The notes under the pieces were generated by a model. The model did not search any database. It saw only the letters and a list, made by a program, of their open reading frames with translations, and was not told where the DNA came from. A DNA stretch of 64,000 nt. Origin: Raja brachyura (Eukaryota). A program made the translations under genes and the position numbers. The stretch lies in assembly GCA_963514005.1 (NCBI GenBank), contig OY740807.1:1922001-1986000 (forward strand), in the 5' to 3' direction. Shown here piece by piece: positions 50,292-62,580 of this stretch (positions within the stretch are counted from its first letter, which is position 1; each line of letters begins with the position of its first letter).

Positions 50292-50558
50292 GTTCGTGCC
50301 ATTGGCATCGGCTGCCAATTCTCTGCTATGTTTAACACAGAGAGAGCTTCACTGTGGTCTGCCGCCACCTTGAGCAATGTAACCTATAGCAATGTCCACT
50401 TCTGGGAACAACACGAATATGTAATTATCTCAGAGATCAGTGCGAATTTCTTTGTCGATTTGTCCCCTGTGTTTTCCTGCCTCTGGCTGCAGAGTGGGGG
50501 GAGATTCCCACGTAGACAGTAACCGTGTTGTGATTGGATCTGGTGTATCGCAGCTCTT

Positions 50559-50564
50559 AATAAA
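50559..50564 (+). terminator. Polyadenylation signal of the IgL gene
   Basis: First AATAAA after the stop codon (about 270 nt 3' UTR), followed by a GT/T-rich stretch (gtgtgattccattggtctatttt). Confidence 0.7.
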
Positions 50565-51044
50565 AAGGAAAAACTGCGGTGTGATTCCATTGGTCTATTT
50601 TCACGCGGTTCCTCGCAGTACTTTGAGGGGTTTGGCGCAAAGACCTGGCGACCAGGAGCCGCCTTATTCACAACTACAACCAGTTCCGCTCAAACGGCTC
50701 ATTCTGCTCCTCTTGATCAATAGCACACTGTGTCCCGCACCGACCTCTTCCCCCCTCTCCCGCCGTCTGCCGGTCCCTCTATTCTGCGTCCCGTCTCCCC
50801 TACCTCCATCGCAACCTCACGTGTTTATCCTGCTCCCCATTTCCCACCTACCCCCCCCCCCCCCCCCCCCCCACCGCTCCCTCTGGATGCCAGATGCACA
50901 ATCTCGCCGCTCTTTAGTCAAATTTGGGGGGCGGGGACACACACACGAAACACGGAGCTGGACTCTTCCGCTCTGAACCATCCACGGAACACGTGGGTAG
51001 GTGAAAACTCGGTTAGATTTTAACCGAGTTTACGAACCTAAACG

Positions 51045-51072
51045 CTGAAGAAGGGTCTCGACCCGAAACGTC
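51045..51072 (+). ncRNA. Minimal type I hammerhead ribozyme core in a solo Penelope terminal unit (about 51043-51135)
   Basis: CTGAAGA-A-GGGTCTCGACCC-GAAA-CGTC. Core is intact; helix I looks weak. Confidence 0.72.
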
Positions 51073-51359
51073 ACCTATCTCCTGCGCTCCGTAGATGCTG
51101 CTTCACCCGCTGAGTTTCTCCAGCCTTTTGTGTACCCCCGTCACCTATCCATGTTCTCCATGGATGCTATCCGACCCATTACCAATGCCTTTCCTTGGTA
51201 AACCAGCATCTGCAGTTGCTTGTTTGCAGTTGCCGCTATAAATGAACGAAGTTCTCAGAACTCAGTAAGTGTGACGCTATCTCTCGGGAAGCATTCGCTA
51301 CTGAGGGCCTAATGGGTGAACACTAAAGTACACAAGAGCTGATCACCGGGTTGTGAATG

Positions 51360-52715
51360 TTTCTGAATAAACTGCAGATGCTGGAAAATCGAAGGTAGAC
51401 AAAAATGCTGGAGAAACCCAGCGGGTGAGGCAGCATCTATGGAGCGAAGGAAATAGGCAACGTTTCGGGTCCAGAGGGCGGGGGGGGGGACAAGAAAGGA
51501 AGAGGCGAAGACAGTAGGCTGAAAGAGAGCTGAGAAGGTGAGGAGAAAGCAGGGACTACCTGGAATTGGAGAAGTGCAGTCTAGATAGCCATAGGGGTCA
51601 GTGGGTGTCGGCCAGTACATCTACTTACTGACCGACATCTACTATAAACCCACTGAGTCCCATGGGTATCTGGACTAAGCTTCTTCTCCCCCCGCTTCCT
51701 GTTAGGACTCCATCTCCCACTCCCAATTCCTCCGTCTTCGCGGCATCTGCTCCCAGGATGAGGTGTTCCACTCCAGGGCATCAGAGGTGTCCTCATTCGT
51801 CAGGGAACGGGGCTTCCCCTCTTCTACTATAGATGAGGCTCTCACCAGGGTCTCTTCTATACCCCATAACTCTGCTCTCATTCCCCAACCGCCCACTCGT
51901 AACAAGGGTAGAGTCCCCCTTGTCTTCGCCTTCCACCCTACCAGCCGTCACAAACAACAAATAATTCTCCGACTTTTTCGCCACCTCTAACGGGATCCCA
52001 CCACTGGCCACATCTTCCCATCTCCTCCCCTGTCTGCTTTCCACAGAGACCGCACCCTCTGTAACCCTGCTCAATTCATCCCATCCCACCCAAACCACCC
52101 CCTCTCCTGGCACTTTCCCTTGCAACTGCAGGAAATGCTACACTTGTAGCTTTACCTCCCCCCTCGACTCCATTCAAGGACCCAAGCAGTCTTTCCAGGT
52201 GCGGCAGAGATTCACCTGCACCTCCTCCAACCTCATCTATTGCATCCGCTGCTATAGGTGTCAGCTGCTCTACATTGGCGAGACCAAGCGTAGGCTTGGC
52301 GATCGCTTCGCCCAACACCTCCGCTCGGTTCGCATTAACCAACCTTATCTCCCGGTGGATCAGCACTTCAACTCGCTCTCCCATTCCGAATCTGACCTTT
52401 CAGTCCTTGGCCTCCTCCATGGCCAAAGTAAGGCCCACCATAAATTGGAGGAGCAGCACCTCATATTTCGCTTGGGCAGTTTACACCCCAGTGGTTTGAA
52501 CATTGACCTCCAGTTTCAGGCAGTCCCTGCTTTCTCCTCCCCTTCTCAGCTCTCCCTCAAACCCACTGTCTCCGCCTATACATTTCTTCTTTTCTTCTTC
52601 CCGCCCCCCACCCTCACATCAGTCTGAAGAAGGGTCTCGACCCGAAACTTTGCCTATCTCCTTCGCTCCATAGATGCTGCCTCACCCGTTGAGTTTCTCC
52701 AGCATTTTTGTCTAC
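51360..52715 (+). mobile_element. 5'-truncated Penelope-like element with inverted terminal repeat upstream
   Basis: 16-bp TSD CACCGGG(T/C)TGTGAATG (51344-51359 and 52716-52731). GIY-YIG ORF 52199-52627 (NLIYCIRC..CQLLYIGETKR). Hammerhead-like motif at 52624. Confidence 0.93.
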
Positions 52716-53256
52716 CACCGGGCTGTGAATGGTCCTATTAAAGACAGGGCTTTATTTTGTTAATACATGAGCATTTATTGATCGGTTCATTAATTAGACA
52801 CACGCGATGTGAGTTACAACCGCAGACTCTCACAAATAATTCAATGAATGCCCACACAAACGATCATGAGGTGAAATGGGTGTCTGAGGGGTTGGGTGAA
52901 GCCATTTCATTGGGGTTGATGATTGAGGAGAAGGTGGGAGCTGGAGATTGGGTGTAAAGTATAAGGAAAGTCAGGATGCCGAGTTTAATGCTGCATACCG
53001 ATATTGTATGTGCCGTAAGTCTCAATGAATGGTTAGAGAAGTGTAAATAAAAATATGGAGATTGTCAGGGTGCAAAGACTTGTGTCATGAGGTAAGAAAT
53101 TCCAACCGGATAAACAGCGTTTTTTATTGAGACCAGTCATTAAATTATAGAGCAGCACATCACAGAAACAGGCCCTTCAGGTCACCTTACCCCTCCGACC
53201 AAGTTGGCATGCCGGGCTAGTCACATTTGGTTGTAAGCTGTGGGCCGAGCATCGAA

Positions 53257-55378
53257 AATAGAAACATAGAAACATAGAAATTAGGTGCAGGAGTAGGCCA
53301 TTCGGCCCTTCGAGCCTGCACCGCCATTCAATATGATCATGGCTGATCATCCAACTCAGTATCCCGTACCTGCCTTTTGTCCATACCCTCTGATCCCCTT
53401 AGCCACAAGGGCCACAACTAACTCCCTCTTAAATATAGCCAATGAACTGGCCTCAACTACCCTCTGTGGCAGAGAGTTCCAGAGACCCACCACTCTCTGT
53501 GTGAAAAAAGTCCTTCTCATCTCGGTCCAAAAGGATTTCCCCCTTTTCCTTAAGCTGTGACCCTTTGTCCTGGACTTCCCCAACATCGGGAACAATCTTC
53601 CTGCGTCTAGCCTGTCCAACCCTTAAGAATTTTGTAAGTTTCTATAAGATCGCCTCTCAATCTCCTAAATTCTAGAGAGTATAAACTGAGTCTATGCAGT
53701 CTTTGTTCATAAGACAGTCCTGACATCCCAGGAATCAGTCTGGTGAACCTTCTCTGCACTCCCTCTATGGCAATAATATCCTTCCTCAGATTTGGAGACC
53801 AGAAATGTACGCAATACTCCAGGTGTAGTCTCACCGAGACCCTATACAACTGAAGTAGAACCTCCCAGCTCCTATACCCAAATCCTTTTCCTATGAAAGC
53901 TAACATACCATTCGCCTTCTTCACTGCCTGCTGCACCTGCATGCCTACTTTCAATGACCGGTGTACCATGACACCCAGGTTGTGCTGCATTTCCCCTTTT
54001 CCTAATCGGCCTCCATTTAGATAATTGTTTTCCTATTTTTGCCACCAAAGTGGATAAGCTCACATTTATCCACATTATACTGCATCTGCCAAACATTTGC
54101 CCACTCACCCAGCCTATCCAAGTCACCCTGCAGTCTCCTAGCATCCTCCTCACAGCTAACACTGCCCCCCAGCTTAGTGTCATCTGCAAACTTGGAGATA
54201 TTGCCTTCAATTCCCTCATCCAGATCATTAATGTATATTGTAAATAGCTGGGGTCCCAGCACTGAGCCTTGCGGTACCCCACTAGTCACTGCCTGCCATT
54301 GTGATAACGACCCGTTTACTCCTACTCTTTGCTTCCTGTTTGCCAGCCAGTTCTCTATCCACATCATTACTGAACTCCCAATGCCGTATGCTTTAAGTTT
54401 ATATACTAATCTCTTATGTGGGACCTTGTTGAAAGCCTTCTGGAAGTCCAGATACACCACATCCACTAGTTCTCCCCTATCCATGCTACTAGTTACATCC
54501 TCGAAAAATTCCACAAGATTCGTCAGACATGATTTACCTTTCGTAAATCCATGCTGACTTTGTCCAATGATTTCACCACTTTCCAAATGTGCTGCTATCC
54601 CATCTTCAATAACTGACTCTAGAAGTTTCCCCACTACCGATGTTAGACTAACTGGTCTGTAATTCCCCGTTTTCTCTTTCCCCCCCTTCTTAAAAAGGGG
54701 AGTTACATTTGCTACCCGCCAATCCTCAGGAACTACTCCAGAATCTAAAGAGTTTTGAAAGATTATCACTAATGCATCCACTATTTCCGGAGCTACTTCC
54801 TTAAGTACTCTGGGATGCAGCCTATCTGGCCCTGGGGATTTATCGGCCTTTAATCCATTCAATTTACCCACCACCACTTCCCGACTAACCTGGATTTCAC
54901 TCAAGTCCTCCTTTGACCCACGGTCCCCTGCTATTTCCAGCAGATTATTTATGTCTTCCTTAGTGAAGACGGAACCAAAGTAGTTATTCAATTGGTCCGC
55001 CATATCCTTGTTCCCCATGATCAACTCGCCTGTTACTGACTGCAAGGGACCTACATTTGTTTTAATTAATCTCTTTCTCTTCACATATCTATAAAACTTT
55101 GCAGTCAGTTTTTATGTTCCCTGCCAGTTTTCTTTCATAATCTATTTTTCCTTTCCTAATCAAGCCCTTTGTCCTCCTCTGCTGGTCTCTGAATTTCTCC
55201 CAGTCCTCTGGTATGCTGCTTTTTCTGGCTACTTTGTACACATCATCCTTTGCTTTGATACTATGCCTGATTTCCCTTGTTATCCATGGATGCACTACCT
55301 TCCCTGATCTATTCTTTGCCAAACTGGGATGAACATTTTTTTTAGTTCATCCATGCAGTCTTTAAATGTCTTCCATTC
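53257..55378 (-). mobile_element. CR1 family A, 2.1 kb, frameshifted
   Basis: RT ORF pieces 54017-55084, 53607-53990 and 53356-53619, plus tail. Confidence 0.95.
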
Positions 55379-55540
55379 TAGAAAATGTGTCTAGAATTTG
55401 TGTCACCTGTGTCTGGGAAATACTTGAAAGTTTGCACAGATTTAGATATAACATAATTGAGAAGGAAGTCATAACTCGTCAGTGCAAAAAGTTGCACATT
55501 AATTCATGAATCCAATTAGAATATGATGTCGAAAAAGTAG

Positions 55541-55554
55541 GCGCCATCTAGTGT
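55541..55554 (-). promoter_or_regulatory. Candidate CTCF site
   Basis: Reverse complement ACACTAGATGGCGC is close to the core consensus CCAC(C/T)AG(G/A)(G/T)GGCGC. It lies in a 300-bp island between two CR1s. Confidence 0.5.
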
Positions 55555-55683
55555 CTAACACCCATATTACTGCATGGGAGCTTAATTCTGTGCTGCTGTT
55601 TTAACAAATATGTATGCTTGTGAATGTGAGTGTAATTATATATAATTATATTATATAAATATAATATAACGAATATAATTTTG

Positions 55684-57441
55684 CAGAGCCAAAAGAGTTG
55701 GGGGAGATATTGAACAATTTATTTTCTTCGGTATTCACCAAGGAGAAGGATATTGAACTCTGTGAGGTAAGGGAAAAAAGTAGAGGAGCTATCGAACTAT
55801 GAGATTCAAAGAGGAGGAAATACTTTTGAAAAATATAAAAGTGGATAAGTCTCCAGGTCCTGACAGGATATTCCCTAGGACATTGAGGGAAGTTAGTGTA
55901 GAAATAGCAGGAGCTATGACAGAAATATTTCAAATGTCATTAGAAACGGGAATAGTGCCGGAGGATTGGCGTACTGCGCATGTTGTTCCATTGTTTAAAA
56001 AGGGTTCAAAGAATAAACCTAGCAATTATAGACATGTTAGTTTGATGTCAGTGGTGGGCAAATTAATGGAAAGGATACTTAGAGATTATATATATAAGCA
56101 TCTGGATAACCAGGGTCTCATCAGGAACAGTCAACATGGATTTGTGCCTGGAAGATCATGTTTGACAAACCTTCTTGAATTTTTTGAAGAGGTTATAAGG
56201 GAAATTGATGAGGGTAAAGCAGTGTATGTTGTCTATATGGATTCCAGTAAGACCTTTGCCAAGGTTCCCCATGGAAGGTTGGTTAAGAAGGTTCAATCTT
56301 TGGGTGTTAATGGCGGAGTAGCGAGATGGATTCAACAGTGGCTGAATGGGAGATGTCAGAGAGTAATGGTGGATGGCTGTTTGTCAGGTTGGAAGCTGGT
56401 GACCAGTGGGGTTCCTCAGGGATCCACTGTTGGGTCCACTGTTGTTTGTCATGTACATCAATGATCTAGATGATGGGGTGGAAAATTGGATAAGTAGGTA
56501 TGCAGATGATACTAAGATAGGTGGTGCTGTGGATAATGAAGTAGATTTTCAGAGTCTACAGAGAGATTTGGGCCATTTGGAAGAGTGGGCTGAAAGATGG
56601 CAGATAGAGTTTAATGCTGATAAGTGTGAGGTGCTACATCTTGACAGGACAAATCAAAATAGGACGTACATGGTAAATGGTAAATGGTAGGGAATTGAGG
56701 AATGCTGTGGAACAGAGGGATCTAGGAATAACTGTGCATAGTTCCCTGAAGGTGGAATCGCATGTAGATAGGGTGGTAAAGACGCTTTCGGTGTGCTGGC
56801 CTTTATAAATCAGAGCATTGAATATAGGAGGAGGGAAGTAATGTTAAAATTGTACACGGCATTGGTGAGACCAATTCTGGAGTATGGTGTACAATTTTGG
56901 TCGCCTAATTATACGAAGGATGTCAACAAAGTAGAGAGAGTACAGAGGAGATTTACTAGAATGTTGCCTGGGTTCCAGCAACTAAGTTACAGAGAAAGGT
57001 TGAACAAGTTAGGTCTTTATTCTTTGGAGCGCAGAAGGTTAAGGGGGGGACTTGATTGAGGTCTTTAAAATGATGAAAGGAATAGACAGAGTTAATGTGG
57101 ATTAGCTTTTCCCATTGAGGGTAGTGAAGATTCAAACAAGAGGGCATGACATGAGAATTAAGGGACAGAAGTTTAGGGGTAACATGAGGGGAACGTCTTT
57201 ACTCAGAGAGTGGTGGCTGTGTGGAATGAGCTTCCAGCAGAAGTGGTGGAGGCAGGATCGATTTTAACATTTAAAAGTAAAGTGGATATGTATATGGATG
57301 GGAAGGGAATGGAGGGGTATGGTCAGAGTGCAGGTAGATGGGACTAGGGGAAAATAAATGGTCGGCACGGACTAGAAGGGCCGAGAAGGCCTGTTTCCGT
57401 GATGTAATTGTTATGTGGTTATTGTTATATGGTTATATGGT
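55684..57441 (+). mobile_element. CR1 family B, 1.75 kb
   Basis: RT motifs and (GGTTATAT)n tail. Confidence 0.95.
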
Positions 57442-57731
57442 GATATCATGACGTCGTTGGCTGTGTGACGTCATGAGGTCATATGCTTGCTGCAGGGCAA
57501 GTTATGTTTGTAAAAGTGCTTTTTGTAAAGTTTATAATGTGAATAACTTGTAAAATATACCATCAATCTGAACAAAACTTTCATACACCACACCACAGGA
57601 CAATGGTAAGGTAAGCCAAAAATATTTGCGCTATCGTGTTGACTTAATTGCAGGACCACTCTCATAGACAGACAAACATACAAGATGAGAGTTTGAAAGA
57701 TAGACAGACAGACAGACAGACTGACAGATAG

Positions 57732-59280
57732 ATAGAGGGGAAGGTAACTAGAGAGAGAGTAGGACCTCTCAGGAATAAAAGCGGTCACCTCTGTGTGGAG
57801 CCACAGCAGATGGGTAAAGTCCTCAATGAGTATTTCTCCTCTGTATTTATTGATGAGAAAGACAGGAGGATGGAGGAAATTGGAGCGGTCACTGGAAGTG
57901 TCATGAGAGCAGTCAGGGTTACCGTCGAGGAAGTACTGAAGGTACTGTCGTGTTTGAAGGTAGACAAATCTCTGGGGCCTGTTCAGATATATCCGAGGAT
58001 ATTGCAGGAAATTGCGGGAGCCCTGGTTGAAATTTATGAGTCGTCCTTCAATACAGGAGAGGTGCCAGAGGATTGGAGGGTGGCAAATGTTGTGCCTCTT
58101 TTCAAGAAGGACTTCAGGGAAAATGTTGGGAACTATAGGCCGGTGAGCTTAACATCTGTAGTTAGTTAGTTACTGGAGAGTATTCTGTGGGATAGAATAT
58201 ACAGGCATTTGGATGGGCAAGGGCTGATTAGGGACAGTCAGCATGATTTTGTAAGTGGGAGGTCGTGTCTCACAAATCTGATCAATTTGTTTGAAGACGT
58301 GACCAAAAAGGTTGATGAGGGCAGCGCTGGAGATGTAGTGTACATGGAGTTTAGTAAGGTGTTCGACAAGGTGCCGCATGGTAGGCTGCACTGGAAGGTT
58401 AGATTTCATGGGATCCAAGGAGAGATAGCTGAATGGAAGCAAAAGCGCTCCATAGAAGGAAGCAGAGGGTGATGGTGGAAGGTTGGTTCTCAGAATGGAG
58501 GCATGTGACTGGTGGTGTGCCACAGGGTTCGGTGCTGGGCCCATTACTGTTTGTCATCTACATCAATGATTTGGATGAGAACGTACAGGGCAAGATTAGC
58601 AAGTTTGCTGATGGTTAGTGGTTTTGCAGATAGTGTAGATGGTTGTGAACGATTGCAGCAGGATCTGGATCGATTGGCCAGATGGGCGGAGGAATGGTTG
58701 ATGTAATTTAATACAGAGAAGTGTGAGGTGTTGCATTTTGGGATGTCGAACAAGGGCAGGATCTACACAGTAAATGGTCGGCCTCTGGGTCTTGTTGTAG
58801 AGCAGAGGGATCTAGGAGTACAGGTGCATGGTTCGTTGAAGGTCGAGTCGCAGGTAGATAAGGTGGTCAAAAAGGCTTTTGGAACTTTGTCCTTCATCAG
58901 TCAGAGTATTGGGTATAGAAGTTGGGTGGTCATGTTGCAGTTATATAAGATGTTGGTGAGACTGCATTGAGAATATTGCGTTCAGTTCTGGGCACCATGT
59001 TATAGGAAAGATATTGTCAAGCTTGAAAGGGTTCAGAAACGATTTACGAGGATGTTGCCAGGACTAGAGGGTGTGAGTTACAGGGAGAGGTTAAGTAGGC
59101 TGGGTCTCTATTCCACGGAGCTTAGGAGGATGAGGGATCTTATTGAGGCATACAAAATCATGAGAGGAATAGATCAGTTAGATGCACAGAGTTTTTTACC
59201 CAGAGTATGGGAATCGAGGACCAGAGGACATTGGATCAAGGTGAAGGGGAAAAGATTTAATACAAATCCGAGGGGTAACT
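57732..59280 (+). mobile_element. CR1 (third family) RT segment
   Basis: VTRERVGPLRNKSGHLCVEPQQM...GVPQGSVLGP...FAD. Confidence 0.9.
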
Positions 59281-59700
59281 CGGTTATTCACATTTTAAAT
59301 TGTACGAAAACCACTTTGACAAAAATCACTTCCACTTGTACAGCCCGTTAGCAGCGTATGACGGCACAATGCGATCCCGAATCTCACTTACTTTAAAAAA
59401 TGCTTTTTTCAAAAAAAACATCGCGATTATCATTTTGAAGGGATGGGATAGGGGGGAGGTTTCATTTGGAAACATTACGATTTTCATTGAGTGAGTGAGG
59501 GAGGGGAAATGAAAGGGAGGGAGAAGGGAGGGAGAGGTGAGGGTGGCAGTGGGGGAGGGGAGGAGGAGAGGAGAAAGAAGAGGGAGGGTGAAGCGTGAGG
59601 GGAGTTCTGCAGGATGAGGGAGAATGGAGGAGGAGAGGGGTAGAAGGAGGGATGGCGAGGTAATTGCGTTGGGGACCAGGCCTCCCGTGTGAAGGTCGAG

Positions 59701-60565
59701 TATTTATAAAATCTTTTGGGATTATTTTTCATGCTACCCACCAGAGCTATCTCCTGGCCTGTTTTTGCCCTTCTGATCTCCTTTTTTAATTTGCTCCTTG
59801 CTTCCCGAAACTTCTGAAGGGATGCACTTGATCCCATCTGCCTATACCAGTCCCATGCATCCTTCTCGTTTTTGACTAACATCTCCATTTCCCTTGTCAG
59901 CCAAGTTTCCCTACGTTTGCCTGCTTTGCATTTTACTCTTAACGGGGACGTACACATCCTGAGCTCTCATCATTACACTTTTGAAGACATCCCACTTGGC
60001 CGATGTCCCTTTTCATCAAATAACCTGCTCCAGTCAACTTGAGCAAGACCTACTCTCATACCCTCAAAGTTGGCCTTACCCCAGTTGGGCATTTTAACAT
60101 GTGGACCCTCTCTGTCCCGACCCATAGCTATCTTAAAACTAATCGAACTGTGGTCACATGTCCCAAAAGGCTGCTCCACACACACTTCATTAACTTGCCC
60201 TTCCCAATTTCCCAATACTAGATCCACCGTTGTTCTCTCACGTGTGGGGGGGTCTGTAGTACACTCCCAACAAGGTGATCATCCTTTTCTTGTTGCTCAG
60301 CTCCACCCACTAGACAAACTGTCCATAATGTCACCTCTGAACACAGCCGTGACATCCTCCTTAACCACAATACAACTCTTTTTTCCTCACCCTGTTTCTC
60401 CTGAAGCTCCTGTACCCCACAACATTGAGCTGCCAGTCCTGCCCCTCCCCTTTCCAGGTTTCAGTCATGGCTACAACGTCCCAGTCACTCGTAGCTATCC
60501 ACTCCCTAAGCTCATCTGCCTTACCCGTCAAGCCCCTTGCATTAAAATACATGCAGTTTAACCAA
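59701..60565 (-). mobile_element. CR1 (third family) EN/linker segment in opposite orientation
   Basis: YFNARGLTGKADEL, TETW, DLVLGN and NNPKRFYKY. Confidence 0.88.
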
Positions 60566-61472
60566 CCCTCCTTCCCCTCTCTCCGGCTTTTTGCCTATTC
60601 AGTACATTAACCTTTCCCACACCACCCTCCATACCAACTTCTAGCCTCTCCTGTGCCTCTGTCCTGTATGAGATCCCTCATGACATTACCGTCACCTCCA
60701 ATAGGATCCCACCATTAATCACATATTAATGGCCTCCCTGTAGATGTGGCCTAGTGCACGTCAGCGAGACCAAGCATAGATTTGGCGACCACTTTGTCGA
60801 ACACTTGCGCTCAGTCCGCCAAGGCCCACGGGATCTCTGGGTTGCTAACTGAACTCCGCTCCCTATTCCCACACTTACCTTGCTGGGCCTTCAATATTAC
60901 CAGAGTGATGCCACACACAAATTGGAGGAACTGCACCTCATATTCCCCCCCCCCCCCCCCCCCAGCATCACAGTTCACAACTATTTATTCCCCTTGGGCT
61001 CTCACCTGTTTTTATCCAACAATTGGCCTATCAGGGAATCTGCTCACCTGAGGTCATCTCTCCAGCTTTTTCTCACTCCCGGTTTCTTTTTTCCACGCTT
61101 CCACAAAGAATTTAATTGTACTTAGATACATGACACAATAAAGTACCTTTGAAGCTTTAGCAAGAAGATGGGCAGGGTAGGACTTTGTATTCCTTTGAGC
61201 ACAGGAGGCTGAGTGGTGATCTGAGGGGCTTTCAGTACATGGGCCTTCATCAGTCATGGTATTGAGTGTAGAAGTTGGGATGTGTAAGAAGGAACTGCAG
61301 ATGCTGGTTTAAACTGAAAGACACTAACAGCTGGAGAGAAGGAATGGATGACTTTGAGTATTGTGTATGCGCCGATTTACAGTATTGTGTTCAGTTTTGG
61401 CCTCCCTGCCTTTGGAAGGATTTTATAGCTGGAAAGAGTGCAGGGATGATTTACAAGGATGGTGCCAGGAAA

Positions 61473-62580
61473 TATAGAAACATAGAAACATAGAAATTAG
61501 GCGCAGGAGTAGGCCATTCGGCCCTTCGAGCCTGCACCGCCATTCAATATGATCATGGCTGATCATCCAACTCAGTATCCCGTACCTGCCTTCTCTCCAT
61601 ACCTTCTGATCCCCTTAGCCACAAGGGCCACATCTAACTCCCTCTTAAATATAGCCAATGAACTGGCCTCAACTACCCTCTGTGGCAGAGAGTTCCAGAG
61701 ACCCACCACTCTCTGTGTGAAAAAATTCCTTCTCATCTCGGTCTTAAAGGATTTCCCACTTATCCTTAAGCTGTGACCCCTTGTCCTGGACCTCCCCAAC
61801 ACCGGGAACAATCTTCCTGCATCTAGCCTGTCCAGCCCCTTAAGAATCTTGTAAGTTTCTATAAGATCCCCTCTCAATCTCTTAAATTCTAGAGAGTATA
61901 AACCGAGTCTATGCAGTCTTTGTTCATAAGACAGTCCTGACATCCCAGGAATCAGTCTGGTGAACCTTCGCTGCACTCCCTCTATGGCAATAATGTCCTT
62001 CCTCAGATTTGGAGACCAGAACTGTACGCAATACTCCAGGTGTGGCCTCACCAAGACCCTATACAACTGAAGTAGAACCTCCCTGCTCCTATACTCAAAT
62101 CCTTTTGCTATGAAAGCTAACATACCATTCGCTTTCTTCACTGCCTGCTGTACCTGCATGCCTACTTTCAATGACTGGTGTACCATGACACCTAGGTCGC
62201 GCTGCATTTCCCCTTTTCCTAATCGGCCTCCATTTAGATAATAGTCTGTTTTCCCATTTTTGCCACCAAAGTGGATAACCTCACATTTATCCACATTATA
62301 CTGCATCTGCCATGCATTTGCCCACTCACCCAGCCTATCCAAGTCACCTTGCAGTCTCCTAGCATCCTCCTCACAGCTAACACTGCCCCCCAGCTTAGTG
62401 TCATCCGCAAACTTGGAGATATTGCCTTCAATTCCCTCATCCAGATCATTTATGTATATTGAAAATAGCTGGGGTCCCAGCACTGAGCCTTGCGGTACCC
62501 CACTAGTCACTGCCTGCCATTGTGAAAACGATCCGTTTACTCCTACTCTTTGCAACGACCCGTTTACTCCTACTCTTTGC
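61473..62580 (-). mobile_element. CR1 family A, open RT C-terminal frame (61572-62582), nested in an older + strand CR1
   Basis: RT motifs, CATAGAAA tail and a 27-bp tandem duplication at the 5' junction. Confidence 0.95.
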
